DNA of 64,000 bases, taken from NCBI RefSeq assembly GCF_006345805.1, contig NC_043011.1, positions 32,934,464-32,998,463 on the forward strand, given 5' to 3'. Below the pieces are notes generated by a model, which worked only from the letters and a program-made list of their open reading frames with translations, did not search any database and was not told the DNA's origin. The translations under genes and the position numbers were made by a program. Origin of the DNA: Octopus sinensis. Taxonomy: Eukaryota. Of the stretch, positions 35,560 to 48,433 are shown piece by piece; within the stretch, counting starts at the first letter, position 1; the number at the start of each line of letters is the position of its first letter.

Positions 35560-38500
35560 ACATCCTCTAAACTACCCTCCCAGGCTTCCCAGGTCCACAA
35601 GCTTAGAGCTGCCACAATTAATGTTGGCACAATGAAAGATGTGTCTGGTGAGATTGTTGAAATGCTCGAGCAGAGATATGTAGATGTGTTCCATGTGCAA
35701 GAGGTATGAGGGGGGTCTCAGCTATACTGCTTCTGGGCAAGGAACATAGATACAAATTCTTCCCAGTGGGCAGCATTGATGGGTTCAGTGGTGTAGGTAT
35801 TCTTCTGCTGAGAAATGGGTGGATAAGATGATTGAGGTAGCCAGGGTGTGTGATAGAATTACGAGGCTAAGAATAGTCTTGTTTAACATAACAGTGACAG
35901 TTATCTCTGCATTTGCTCCACATGTCAGACTAGCAGATGTTTAGAAGAGACCATTTTCTATGAATCCCTTCTGCTAGCTACCTTGATGATGAAAGGCAGT
36001 GACATTGTCATTGTGGCTGGGGACTTCGATAGTCATGTTGGAAAGCACTCTGATGGATTTTATGGTATGCATGGAGGTTACAGCTTTGGTTCAAGAAATG
36101 AGGAGGGAACAACACTGCTGGAATTTTGTGATGCAAATGACTTGATCTGCAAAACTGATTTCAAGAAACCTGCCAGCTATTTGATCACTTAACCTGGTGG
36201 GCACACAAGCCAAATTGAGTAGATTCTCACAGAAACCAGGACTGTGAATGCAAATCCTTTCCAGGTGCAGAATGTACAATTCATCAAAGGTCAGTGATTA
36301 ACGATTTCAGACTTGAGGCTAGAAGGATCTGTAGACACCACTGAGACGCTTAAGATATCTGGTAGGATACAGTCTAGCCACTCATATAGTTAATCAGTTT
36401 ATTCAAGAAGGCATAATCTGCTATGACTGGTGTAGCAGCATTATAGTCAGCTGCAACAAGGGTAAGGGAGTTTTCTTAGATAGAAGTAATTATAGAGGCA
36501 TCAAATTATTGGACCATCTGATAAAAGTTATGGAAAAAGTTATAGTCCAATTCATTAAGAACAAAGTTAGATTACATGAAAAATAGTTTAGTTTTGTGCC
36601 TAGAAGCACTACTGGTGCTATTTTCATAGTGAGGCAATAGTGAGAGAAGTATTTAACTAAGAATTAGCCATTCTACTTCTCATTTGTTGACCTGAGAAAG
36701 CCTTCAACAGAGTACCTCACTCTGTTTTATGGTGGTCTCTAGGAAGCTAGGGATAAATAAACAGCTTGTGAAAGTAGTACAGGCCATACACAGGGCTGTT
36801 GATAGTGGGATAAGATAAAAGTTAGCCATGTGAACAGTGACAAATTTAGTGTACAGATACATGCACAGGGTTCTGTTCTCAGCCCATTCCTATTCATTAT
36901 CGTTTTCCAGGCTATATAAGAAGAATTGAACATTGGCTGCCCATGGGAATGACTATATGCTGATGATCTTGCTCTCATAGCAGAATCTGTAACAGAACTA
37001 GAAAAGAAATTCCAGGTGTGGAAGCAAAAACTGTAATTAAAGGGGTTAAAGAACAAGGTCCTAGTAAGCAAGAAAATAGATAGGACCCTACCCACTTCAT
37101 ATAAATGACCCAGCTCTTTATGTAGGAAAGATGTTGGCTGGAATTCCATTCGATGTACCCACTGCATGCTATGGACACATAAAAAAGTGCAGTAGGATAA
37201 TTGGAAGGTTAACAGAGAAAGTAGGGTTTGCATGTGGAAGATACACAGGAACCATTAATTCTACAGATACATGAGAAATTGCTTTTCTCAAATGTTTAGG
37301 AGGCTTTCAAAAGATAGTGGATAATTTTTGCTGCCTGTGTGACCTAATTAACCATGGAGGAGGATGTACTGAAAATATAATTGCTAGAATAAAAATAGGA
37401 TGAAGAAAATTCAGAGAGCTTTTACTTCTGTTGGCAACCAAAGATCTCTTTCTCCGAGTGAAAGGAAGAGTATATGATGCATGTGTACAAACAGCAATGC
37501 TACATGGTAGTGGGACATGGGCCCTGAATGCAGTGGACATGCAAAGACTAGAGAGGAATGAAAGTAGTATGTTCCACTGAATGTGCAATGTCAGTGTACA
37601 TGTATGGCTGAGATCTGGTTTATTGAGAGAAAAGTTGGGCATAAGTGGAATCAGATGCATTGTGATAGAGAGAAGATTGTGGTCATGTGATTTGTATGGA
37701 TGGGAACAGTTGTATAAAGAAATGCCAATCACTTAAAGTAACTGGAACTTGTGGAAGAGGGAGACCCAGGAAGACATGGTACAAAGTATTGAAGACTGAT
37801 CTCAAGATGCTGAGCCTTATGAAGGAAATGACAAAGGTCTGAGATATATGGTGCTTTGCTGTGATCAAGAAGACCCGTCAACAACAGCGAAATTGATATC
37901 CCAAAACCGTCTTGGTAATGCATGTCTATGAGTCTATGAGGGTCTCTGCCCCATCAACCACCTCCCCCGGATTTCATCCCCTAAAACCCATCACCTCTCT
38001 GTCACATGTGCACAGAATTGGCACATGCTACATTCCTCTGCTTTCTCAGTTACCTTCTTTTCCCCACCCCAAACCACTTCCAATTCTCATCTTTCTCTGC
38101 TTGCTGTCTCCATCAATCACCTCCTTTCTGTGCCTTTTCTTCCCTGTGCCATTCTAAATCATTAACTTCCCACTTATCTGCTATCACCCTCAATACACTT
38201 GCACATCTACTTCAACTTCTTCCCCTGAGCCACTCCTATATATCTCCCCATCACTTGCTACAGTCACCTCTATTCTGCCCACTCACCTAGTCCAAACCTC
38301 TGTATCACCTCACTTATTCTCACCCCCAGTACTGTTCCTTGAAGGCATGTCCCAACACATCTCCACCACTATTCCTCTCATTCTTGCTATCTTACTCTCC
38401 GACTTGTGCGCTCTCTTTAATGTATCACTCTCCTCTCCAGCTGGAATATCTATGTATCTCCTCTACAGCAAATTGCATATCACTATCCCCTTACATGTTT

Positions 38501-38690
38501 AATCTCTCATGTGTTGGTGTCACATAAAAAGAACCCTTTACACTCTGTAAAATTTTTAGCATTAAGAAGGGCATCCAGTCATAGAAGCCATGTCAAACAT
38601 GGCTGGTACAGCTCTCAGCTTGCCAACTCCTGTCAAACCATCCAACCCATGCCAGCTTCAAAAATGGATGTTAAATGATGATGATGTCTC
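35560..38690 (+). mobile_element. Old, near-full-span RTE-clade LINE (APE endonuclease + RT), heavily degenerate
   Basis: LRAATINVGTMK...GEIVEML (APE start), GDFDSHVG, QGSVLSPFLF, LYADDLAL (~36955), GRGRPRKTW, then a 3' UTR; many stops and frameshifts. Confidence 0.9.
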
Positions 38691-39174
38691 CTGCTCTCGT
38701 GTAATTATAGAAATAAACTTCTATACCCTCTTAATAATTTATGCCTCACTAGAAATGTTACCTCTAGATGTGATAACTAAACTAATTTAACTACATTTAC
38801 CTACATCAATGCAGTTGGATATGCATTAAGCAAAAATTGTATAATCATTTTCATACTTTTAAGAGATGTGATAAAGCTCAAGTTATATCATTCACTGAAA
38901 GAATCTGGGGATTGAAGGATAAAAATGTTGATTTTAAATTATCTCTAGCATAACCAAACATGTCTTATCCTATTCAAGTGATTGATATGGGTGTAGACAT
39001 TGCTGCACTCAATTATTAGAAATACTAAAATGTTGAGTTAATGACCTTTATAAATCCTGTGAACTAAGAGTAAAATGTTCGCATGACATTAGAAGCACTC
39101 TTGTATACTTTAAACCTGTTAACTAAAATGCTTCAAATAGATACTACTTAACCTCTAACCATTTATTTTAATCT

Positions 39175-39588
39175 ATACTCTTTACTCTTTTTACTCTTTT
39201 ACTCTGTTACTTGTTTCAGTCATTTGACTGTGGCCATGCTGGAGCACCACATTTAGTCGAACAAATCGACCCCCAGGACTTATTCTTTGTAAGTCTAGTA
39301 CTTATTCTATCAGTCTCTTTTGCCGAACCGTTAAGTTACGGGGACGTAAACACACTAGCATCGGTTGTCAAGCAATGTTGGGGGGACAAACAGACACAAA
39401 CATACACACACACACAAATATATATATGTATACATATATACGACGGGCTTCTTTCAGTTTCCATCTACCAAGTCCACTCACAAGGCTTTGGTCGGCCCGA
39501 GGCTATAGTATAAGACACTTGCCCAATGTGCCATGCAGTGGGACTGAACCCGGAACCATGTGGTTCATAAGCAAGCTACTTACCACAA
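39175..39588 (-). mobile_element. SINE family A
   Basis: Family sequence with an extended TACTCTTT tail. Confidence 0.9.
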
Positions 39589-40043
39589 TTTAGTTAAGTA
39601 TTATTGTTTCATTGAATATATGTCTCTGTGCAACAGTCCATTGGATATTTATACTTAAGTCACCTATTTCTGCCACTAACCTTTTCTCTGTCCATCACAC
39701 TTAAGGTATTGGTTGTCCCAGGGCTATAGTGGAAGACACCCACGGTGCTGCACACTGGAACTGAATACAAAACCATGTGGTTGCAAAGCGAACTCTTTAA
39801 CTACACAGTCATGTGTATAAAACTATTAAATACCCTAATATACGTGCATCCACACATTTTTGTATATTTTGGACAAATAGATAAAAACACTATACTCATT
39901 GTTATATTAAGAGATATACACATACACCCACACATAGAAACAAATGCATACAGTTTGTACATACTAATACAAAATTTCTCATACCAAAATGCACATAAAT
40001 ACAAATACCTATGTACTCTTCCACACAAATGTATGTGAAGGCT

Positions 40044-40250
40044 ACAACGCCTCATCTTCCACCTTGTTTGCTCCTCTCGATTGAAATGTACAATGCTGTC
40101 ATGTTCACATAACTGCATTTTACCCAGCATGTTTTCTGCTCCCATATTGAACCACAGCCTGGCTACCTCAATCATCTTATCCACCCATTTCTCAGCAGAA
40201 GAATACCTACACCACTGAACCCATCAATGCTGCCCACCGTGAAGAATTTG
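40044..40250. other. Mosaic insertion copied from two nearby loci
   Basis: 40044-40156 is a direct copy of 41007-41119; 40157-~40250 is an inverted copy of ~35750-35845. Confidence 0.75.
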
Positions 40251-40789
40251 TATACTAGTACAGAAATAGACACCTGTATATCACTGCCAAAGTTCACCTC
40301 TAAAATATAAAGAATCTAAATGATATAGAAATACCCATTTGGACTGTTATGTAGGTATGTCTTGTAAGTTTGATCGTTACATGCTGATACAACTTGTTAA
40401 CTTAATTGATTGAAAAATGTTAGGAGTTGTGGAATAAAATAATTTGACAGTATTCTTGTTAAAGATTGCATGGTACCTAATTTTTGCCGAAAAATGTTTC
40501 ATCAGTAAATAAATTTTTTGCTATAGATGTTGTCACTTACATATTAAATGGCAAGTTATATAAAATGTACCCAGATTTATTCTTCCTTATCCTATGCTCA
40601 TAGTTGATGTAATACAGCTTCTCCTTAAAAACCTTATGAGCCAATGCTTCATTGCTTTAGGCGCAGTATTCCTTAAATCATCTGTGGGCAACCAAGATAA
40701 TCTCAACAAGATATTTTTAACCAATTTGTTTTTGATGGTGTTCATATAAGTTGAAAATTTGTTATAATTTATAATCATGCACACACTCA

Positions 40790-41035
40790 CACACTCTCTT
40801 AATTGTCAGTTCCATAGTCTCTTGTACATGAGTGGAATTGACCATAAATTAGCAGACTAAATCACTCAACATCTATGAGATACCTGCTTAAACACCACCA
40901 CATCACCTGTCAGTTGCCACTTCATATCACCTGTCCACACTATTTCTCACTTCTCAGTCTATGGTATTACTTCTCACCATGATGCCTCTTCTTGTTTTCA
41001 CAAAGAACAACGCCTCATCTTCCACCTTGGTTGCT
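40790..41035 (+). mobile_element. Penelope-like GIY-YIG endonuclease C-terminal relic
   Basis: Hand translation SLLYMSGIDHKLAD*ITQHL...PVSCHFISPVHTISHFSVYG...KEQRLIFHLG, matching the recalled pattern YIGET...RF.EH...PVA.HF...EQ.LIF.LG. Confidence 0.65.
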
Positions 41036-41933
41036 CCTCTCGATTGAAATGTACAATGCTGTCATGTTCACATAACTGCATTTTACCCAGCATGTTTTCT
41101 GCTCCCACATTGAACCACACTTACTCTTCTCACTGTATATTACGACAACACACATTTAATTACAACTTCCTAATGCACACAAATATTTTGAGGACTCACC
41201 TTGCTTTCTCTACCTGTTTCTTACTTTTCTCTCCTTCTTTCCCTATTTGTCTTCTCTTAACTGCATATTCTCACTATGACCTGGATTCTGTTTCAACATC
41301 CTGTCCTAATACTATCCCACTTCCCAATTTCTCTTTTATACAAAGTCTGCAATGTAAACAGACATTATGGGTTTGATATTATTACTTTTTTTTCTGCTAC
41401 ATGTCTTATCAGATCCTTGTCTATTCCTTTCATTGGAGTATTTATCTTTCTTTTCATTTGACTGCCTTTATTATGTGCAAAGAATGATCTTTCATATTTC
41501 TATACTTTTCCACTGTCCTTTATTTCAATAACTTGCTCTTTTTTTGTTTATCCCCTTTCCTCATAATCTTCCATGTTTTATGTGCTTTTTATCTATATGA
41601 ATATGCATATCTGTGTGTGTACATACACACATTCATATATAATATCTAGATTACAGAAATAGAAAGGCATAAATTTCACATATTCATTATTTAATTGTGC
41701 TCTACAGCTGTTTCAATAGAAGCAAATCATCCTTTCTACAATTACATAATTAACATTCATTATTGATCAATTTATATACATAGAAAATTTATTCCTCTAG
41801 GATTTCCTGCAGTGTAATAATGTATTGGAGTTTAATGAAGTGTTATTGAGGTTTTAAATACCATGGATGTATTTTATGATGTTTGTACATCAATTTCCTT
41901 ACATATTTATGAGTATCTATGTGTACTCATGTG

Positions 41934-41964
<31 letters not shown>

Positions 41965-42002
41965 ATATATATATAATGCGTATATGTATGTATGTATGTA
42001 TG

Positions 42003-42035
<33 letters not shown>

Positions 42036-42579
42036 ACATGTATATATGGATGTGTGTGTAATATATATATATACATATGTTTATGTGCATGTATATACAT
42101 ATGATATGAAGCTCTAACAAAGTGAAGACCTAGAAAACTTATCTGACTTGGATTGTGCAATTAGACCATTATCATTACTGAAACACGTGTAAGATGATGT
42201 AATTAAATTATGAACAGATATGTCATTTTTGTTTCATATATATATATATACATATATATAAGTCCTGGGGTTGATTCATTCAACTAAAGCCAGTGCTCCA
42301 GAATGGCTGCAGTCAAATGACTGAAACAAGTAAAAGAATAAAAGAATCTCTATATATAGATATATGTATATGTATGTATGTAAAGGCACATGGCCTAGTG
42401 GTTATGGTATTGCACTGACAATTTAAAATTTGTGGGTTCAATTCCTAGACCATGCTTTGCAATCACTTCAACATCTGATAAGTGGTACACTGCACACCTG
42501 TACAGGTAATGTCAATTTGATGGAGGGAGTAAGCTAATGTGCAGCACAAATTTTTGTTAACTTACTTTACTTACTTTAC

Positions 42580-43020
42580 TTTAACTTTTACTTGTTTCAG
42601 TCATTTGACTGCGGCCATGCTGGAGCACCACCTTTAATCGAGCAACTCAACCCTGGGACTTATTCTTTGTAAGCCCAGTACTTATTCTATCGGTCTCTTT
42701 TGCCAAACCGCTAAGTGACGGGGACATAAACACACCAGCATCGGTTGTCAAACAATGCTAGGGGGACAAACACAGACACACAAACATACATGCACACACA
42801 CATATATATATATACACATATATACGACGGGATTCTTTCAGTTTCCGTCTACCAAATCCACTCACAAGGTTTTGGTCGGCCACGATCGGATGGTGCTTTT
42901 ATGTGCCACCGGCACGGAGGCCACTTGGGGCGGCGCTGGCAACGGCCACGTTCGGATGGTTCTCTTACATGCCACCGGCACTGGTATTACAGCTACAATT
43001 TCCATTGATGTTGATCGATT
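42580..43020 (-). mobile_element. SINE-A / RTE-tail chimera joined at CGGCC microhomology
   Basis: SINE-A sequence up to TTGGTCGGCC (~42880), then RTE-tail ACGATCGGATGG. Confidence 0.75.
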
Positions 43021-43060
43021 TTGATTTTGATTATATATATATATATTATATATATATATA

Positions 43061-43405
43061 TCATCATCATCATCATCATCATCGTTTAACGTCCGTTCTC
43101 CATGCTAGCATGGGTTGGACGGTTCGACCGGGGATCTGGGAAGCCAGAAGGCTGCACCAGGCTCCAGTCTTATCTGGCAGTGTTTCTACAGTGGATGCCC
43201 TTCCTAACGCCAACCACTCCATGAGTGTAGTGGGTGCTTTTTACGTGCCACCTGCACAGGTGCCAGGCGAGGCTGGCAACGGCCACGGTCGGATTGGTGT
43301 ATTTTATGTGCCACCGGCACGGAAGCCAGTCGAGGCGGTGCTGGCATCGGCCACGAGTCGGATAGTGCTTTTTACGTACCACCAGACCAGGGATCCTGGC
43401 TGGTT
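43061..43405 (-). mobile_element. RTE 3' tail (family B)
   Basis: Family signature. Confidence 0.88.
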
Positions 43406-43499
43406 CAATTCGATTTCGATATATATATATAAATAAATAGAAATGGTAAAACAACCAAAAAATGAAAGAGACCTTGATATTATGTAAATAGAGGAATTT

Positions 43500-43817
43500 A
43501 TCTGTAAATATAATCTGTGACAATTATTCGGTAGCCATGATAAAACTCCGAGCTGTGGATGTTGGTGCGGAAACTATGAACATTATTACTCCCTTACCTT
43601 TACTCCCCCGCCCTTCACTTAGTGGTCATTCTAATAGCTCTTTTGTCTTAATAACGGTCAACCACACAGTAATTTCCCTTTGTTTAACGGTCACTTCCAT
43701 AGCACTTTTTCGATAGGTGGATAACTGAAGAGATGGTGGTGTGGGTTTCCGCCCCGAGATCCGAAACTTGGAGTTTTATCATGGCTACCGAATAATTGTC
43801 ACATTATATTTACAGAT
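43500..43817. repeat. Fold-back inverted repeat (~73-bp arms) overlapping a hammerhead motif
   Basis: 43500-43574 versus 43745-43817, reverse complementary. Confidence 0.88.
43720..43780 (+). ncRNA. Type-I hammerhead ribozyme motif
   Basis: GATAA-CTGAAGA-[GAT GGTGG...CCGCC...ATC C]-GAAA-CT(TGG)AG-TT-TTATC. Stem I 5 bp, stem III 3 bp, GUU triplet; one unpaired C before GAAA. Confidence 0.6.
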
Positions 43818-44569
43818 GTATATATCAGACACATGCTGTCAGTAAGTACACGGGGTAGACAGTTGGTGACGTTTATGTGGTAAAACGCATAAATAAATAA
43901 GCGAAACACAGGCGTGCGACTGAGTTGGAGGTAGATTTACTTCTGCCTTTATCGTACATAAAGGAAACGTTGTTGTAGGAATGTATGCAGCACATGTACT
44001 ACAGCAGTTCTATGTGTAGCTTTAATATTGAGAGTGAAAGGCAGGGGCAAATTATGCCTACCTAATCTACAAAAAAAATGAACTATTTTGTATTTTATGC
44101 ATAGTAATCAGAGTAACCTTCATAATTTTATTGAATTAGGTGCATATTTTGCCATAAAAGGAAAATATTACTATCGCTCTATTTTATTCAGGGTAGGCAC
44201 TTCCTACCCAGGCGGCATGTCCCTGATATATATATATATGTGTGTGTATGTGTCTGTGTCTGTCCGCCTACCATTGTTTGACAACTGATGTTGGTATGTT
44301 TATATCCACTTAAATTAACAGTTTGGCAAAAGAGACTAATAGAATAAGTACTAGGCTTACAAAGAGTAAGTCCTGGGGTAATTTCTGCAACTAAAAACCC
44401 TTTTAGGTGGTGCTCCAGCATGGCCACAGTCAAATGACTGAAACATGTAAAAAGATATATATAAAAGAAATTATATACATACACCAAATTGTTTTCAAGC
44501 TCTTTTGAGCTCTGTTAATCATGATGGTTAATATCACCCATCCAGTGAATAATACCTTGTTTCTTTCCA

Positions 44570-44775
44570 AAGGTGGTGAGCTGGCAGAGGCGTTAGCATG
44601 CTGGGTGAAATGCTTAGCTGTATTTCGTCTGTCTTTACGCTCTGAGTTCAAATTCCGCCGAGGTCGACTTTGCCTTTCATCCTTTTGGGGTTGATAAATT
44701 AAGTATCAGTTGCGTACTGGTGTCAATCTAATCGACTGCCTCTCCTCCTCAAAATTTTGGGTCTTGTTCCTAGAA
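44570..44775 (+). mobile_element. SINE family C
   Basis: Head GGTGGTGAGCTGGCAGAG and central GCCTTTCATCCTTTTGGGGTTGATAAATT. Confidence 0.88.
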
Positions 44776-45496
44776 TAGAATAGAATACTCACCTTGTTTC
44801 TTTCTAGCATTTACAAATCTTTTGAATTCAGCTATGTTTTACTACCTCCACAACACTTCTTTATGCATAACAAACATCATGCTGTTAGTCTTCCTTTTTC
44901 ATTCAGAGAAAATCCCTTTGTTGCTAGTATAGGTTATAACTCTCTGAACTGTTTTTTCCATCTTGTTCTTAATCTGGCTACTATGCTTTCAGAATATCCA
45001 CCCCTCAATTGATTTGCTGTCTGTTGTATTTTGACATTTGAAAAAATTCATTTAATGGGAATGCTTACTATTAACTATTCTTGTGCCACAGACGAATTCT
45101 GTTTTTTTTTTTTTTAATATCTTTATGTCAGTCTACTTGCAATTCCTCTGCATCTTGTATAGACCTATAATTTACATTGTGTACACAGCTTAGAATTCCT
45201 AGCTACACTAGTTCTGGTGCCATCTTTTATCTATTCTCAGTCATTGGACTGCAGCCATACTGGGGGTGCTGGGGTACTGCTGTGAAGGGTTTTAGTTGAA
45301 CAAGTTAACTGCGGTATTTTTTTTTTTCTTTTCATTTAAGTCTGGCACTTATTCTATAGGTATCTTTTGTGGAGCTCCTAAATTACATGACACAAACTAA
45401 TCAATACCCATTTTGTGTGTGTGACATAAGGTTAAGACAAAAGGACATTAATACACACCTACACATCAACACATGGGAAATGATCATTATATATAT

Positions 45497-45707
45497 ATTC
45501 TTTTACTTGTTTCAGTCATTTGGCTGTGGTCATGCTGGAGTACCACCTTGAATGTTTTAGTTGAATGAAGCAACCCCAGTACTTATTTTTTAAGCCTGGT
45601 ACTTATTCTATTGGTTTCTTTTGCCAAACTGCTAAGTTACAGGGACATAAACACACCAACACTGGTTAAGTGGTGATGGGTGGGGACAAACACAGACACA
45701 AAGATAT

Positions 45708-45739
<32 letters not shown>

Positions 45740-46285
45740 TTGATAAGCTGCTTTCTATTTTCATCTACCAAATCCACTCACAAGGCTTTGGTCAACCTGA
45801 GGCTATAGTAGAAGACCCTTGCTCAAGGTGCCATGCAGTGGAGCTGAACTCAGAACCATTTGGTTGGGAAGCAAGCTTCTTACCACACAGCTATGCCTGC
45901 CCATGCAAATGTTCCCATGTTGGGAATTATATATATTCTTTTATTGGTTTCAGTCATTTGACTATAGCCATGCCGGAGCACCGCCTTTTGTTGAACAAAA
46001 CAACCCCAGGACCTATTCTTGGTAAGCCTAGTACTTATTCTATCGGTCTCTTTTGCCAAACAGCTAAGTTACGGGGATGCAAACACACTAACATCAGTTG
46101 TCAAGTGGGTGGAGGACAAACACAGACACGAACATATATACATATATTTATTGATTCAAGGCTTTGGTCAGCCTGAGGCTATAGTAGAAGAAACTTGCCC
46201 AATGTGCCATGCAGTAGGACTGAACCTGTAACGATGTGTTTGGGAAGCAAGCTTCTTAAGCACACAGCTATGCCTGCGCCTACTA
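45497..46285 (-). mobile_element. Tandem cluster of SINE family A copies
   Basis: Family sequence restarts at ~45940. Confidence 0.85.
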
Positions 46286-46309
46286 TATATATATATATAT
46301 ATATATTAA

Positions 46310-47366
46310 GAATAGCCTGAGCTAAGTTCAGAGAGCTCTTACCTCTGCTGGTGACAAAGGGCCTCTCGCTCAGAGTAAAAGGTAGACTGTACGTCACATG
46401 TGTATGAACAGCCATGCTACATGGCAGTGAAACATGGGCCGTGACTGCTGAGGACATGCGTAAGCTTGCAAGAAATGAAGCCAGCATACTCCGATGGATG
46501 TGTAATGTCAGTGTGCATACTCGACAGTGTTAGTGCCTTGAGAGAAAGGTTGGACCTAAGAAGCATCAGATGTAGTGTGCAAGAGAGACGACTGTGCTGG
46601 TATGGTCATGTGGCGAGAATGGATGTGGATAGCTGTGTGAAAAAGTGCCACACCCTAGCAGTTGAGGGAACCTGTGGAAGAAGTAGACCCAGGAACCTGG
46701 GATGAGGTGGTGAAGCATGACCTTCAAACACTGGGCCTCACCGAGGCAATGACTAGTGGCCGGGACCTCTGGAAGTATGCTGTGCTTGAGAAGACTTGGC
46801 AAGCGCAATGTGGCCTACGCTAGGGGTGTAACCAGTCCACTTATGCATTCCTTTCCTTCATTAGACATTAAACTCTACTTGCAAAGAGTTGTTGAGGCAA
46901 GTGAAATCAAATTCGATGACTGGCATCCGTGCTAGTGGAGCACTAAGAGAACCATACGAGGGAGATTGGGGCCAGAGCAACAAGCTGGCCTCTGTGCCAA
47001 TGGCATGTTAAAAACACCATTTGAGTGTGATCGTTACCTGTGTCACTTACTAGCATTTGTGCTGGTGACACGTGAAAAACATTCGTGCAAGGTCATTGCC
47101 AGTGCTGCTGGACTGGCTACTGTGCGGGTGGCACATAAAAAGCACCATTTGAGCGTGGCCGTTGCCAGTGCCGCCTGACTGGCCCTCGTGCCGGTGGCAC
47201 ATAAAAGCACTCCACTACACTTTTGGAGTGGTTGGTGTAAGGAAGGGCATCCAGCTGTAGAAACTCTGCCAGATCAGCCACCTGGTTCGCCAGACCTCAG
47301 TCAAATCGTCCAACCCATGCTAGCATGGAAAGCAGACGTTAAACGACAATGATGATGATGATGATA
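46310..47366 (+). mobile_element. RTE-clade LINE, 5'-truncated 3' fragment
   Basis: KFRELLPLLVTKGLSLRVKGRLY...RERLDLRSIRC...; family-B 3' UTR and (GAT)n tail. Confidence 0.92.
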
Positions 47367-47855
47367 TACACACACACACACACACATATATATATAATTT
47401 CTTAAAGTTTTGGCTTATCAGCATATCTTTAAAGATAAGGTCATAAGCTATGTAATTTTTTCTGATGCTATCAAGAAATACCAGCAATGCCTGCTCCTGC
47501 TGCTGATCTGCATGTAGTTTGTGTTCTTGTATATTTCTCTGTGACTCATTATATATGTATGAGCATGTTTATGTACATGGTGAATAGTCATTAAATAAAC
47601 TTTTTAAATTATTAAAAGAGAAAACGTACAGTATTATAGTATCTAAGAATTACTTTTCCAAGAGGACTGTCTGTTGTATTTGATTCTTTTTGTTTTTTAT
47701 TTATTTATTTATTTATTTTTTTTTTGCAAGTTACCTTACATTCTAAATATAAGTTCAGAGGCATTGTTTGTGGCAGATCACCTCATACAAAAATTTGAAT
47801 AGTTTGACTTCTCTGGGAGTGTCCTTTTAATATCTCTTCTATCCTGTGAAGTGAT

Positions 47856-47984
47856 ATGTCACAAAGAATGATTACATCATCGTCTTACGTAAGGCTTTTT
47901 CCTGTGTTCATTGGATTTCTTTTCACTTGTTGGGTCGTTTTATTGTCTGACACACAATGCAACAGAGAAAACATACCTTGTTGT
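47856..47984 (+). CDS. Weak candidate signal-peptide-type exon (MSQRMITSSSYVRLFPVFIGFLFTCWVVLLSDTQCNRENIPCC)
   Basis: ATG, hydrophobic core, possible donor TGT|GTACGT (phase 0); unique sequence. Confidence 0.2.
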
Positions 47985-47999
47985 GTACGTCATTTCTAC

Positions 48000-48030
<31 letters not shown>

Positions 48031-48032
48031 GC

Positions 48033-48388
48033 AGAGGCATGGCTGTGTGGTAAGAAACTTGCTTCCCAACCATATGGTTCCTGGTTCAGTCCTACTGCGT
48101 GGCACCTTGGGCAAGTGAATTTGAGAGATGGAAACTGAAAGAAGCCCATTGTATGTATATATATATATATATATATGTACATATATTTGTGAGTGTATCT
48201 CTTTGTCTGTGTTTGTCTCCCCAACACCACTTGACAACTGATGTTAATGTGTTTGTCCCCGTAACTTAGCAGTTCGGCAAAACAGGTCGATAGAATAACT
48301 ACTAGGCTTACAAAGAATAAGTCTTGGGGTTGATTTTGTTTGACTAAAGGCCAGCATGGCCGCAGTCAAATGACTGAAATGTATAAAA

Positions 48389-48392
<4 letters not shown>
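48033..48392 (+). mobile_element. SINE family A (older)
   Basis: Head GGCAGAGGCATGGCTGTGTGGTAAG through tail. Confidence 0.85.
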
Positions 48393-48433
<41 letters not shown>

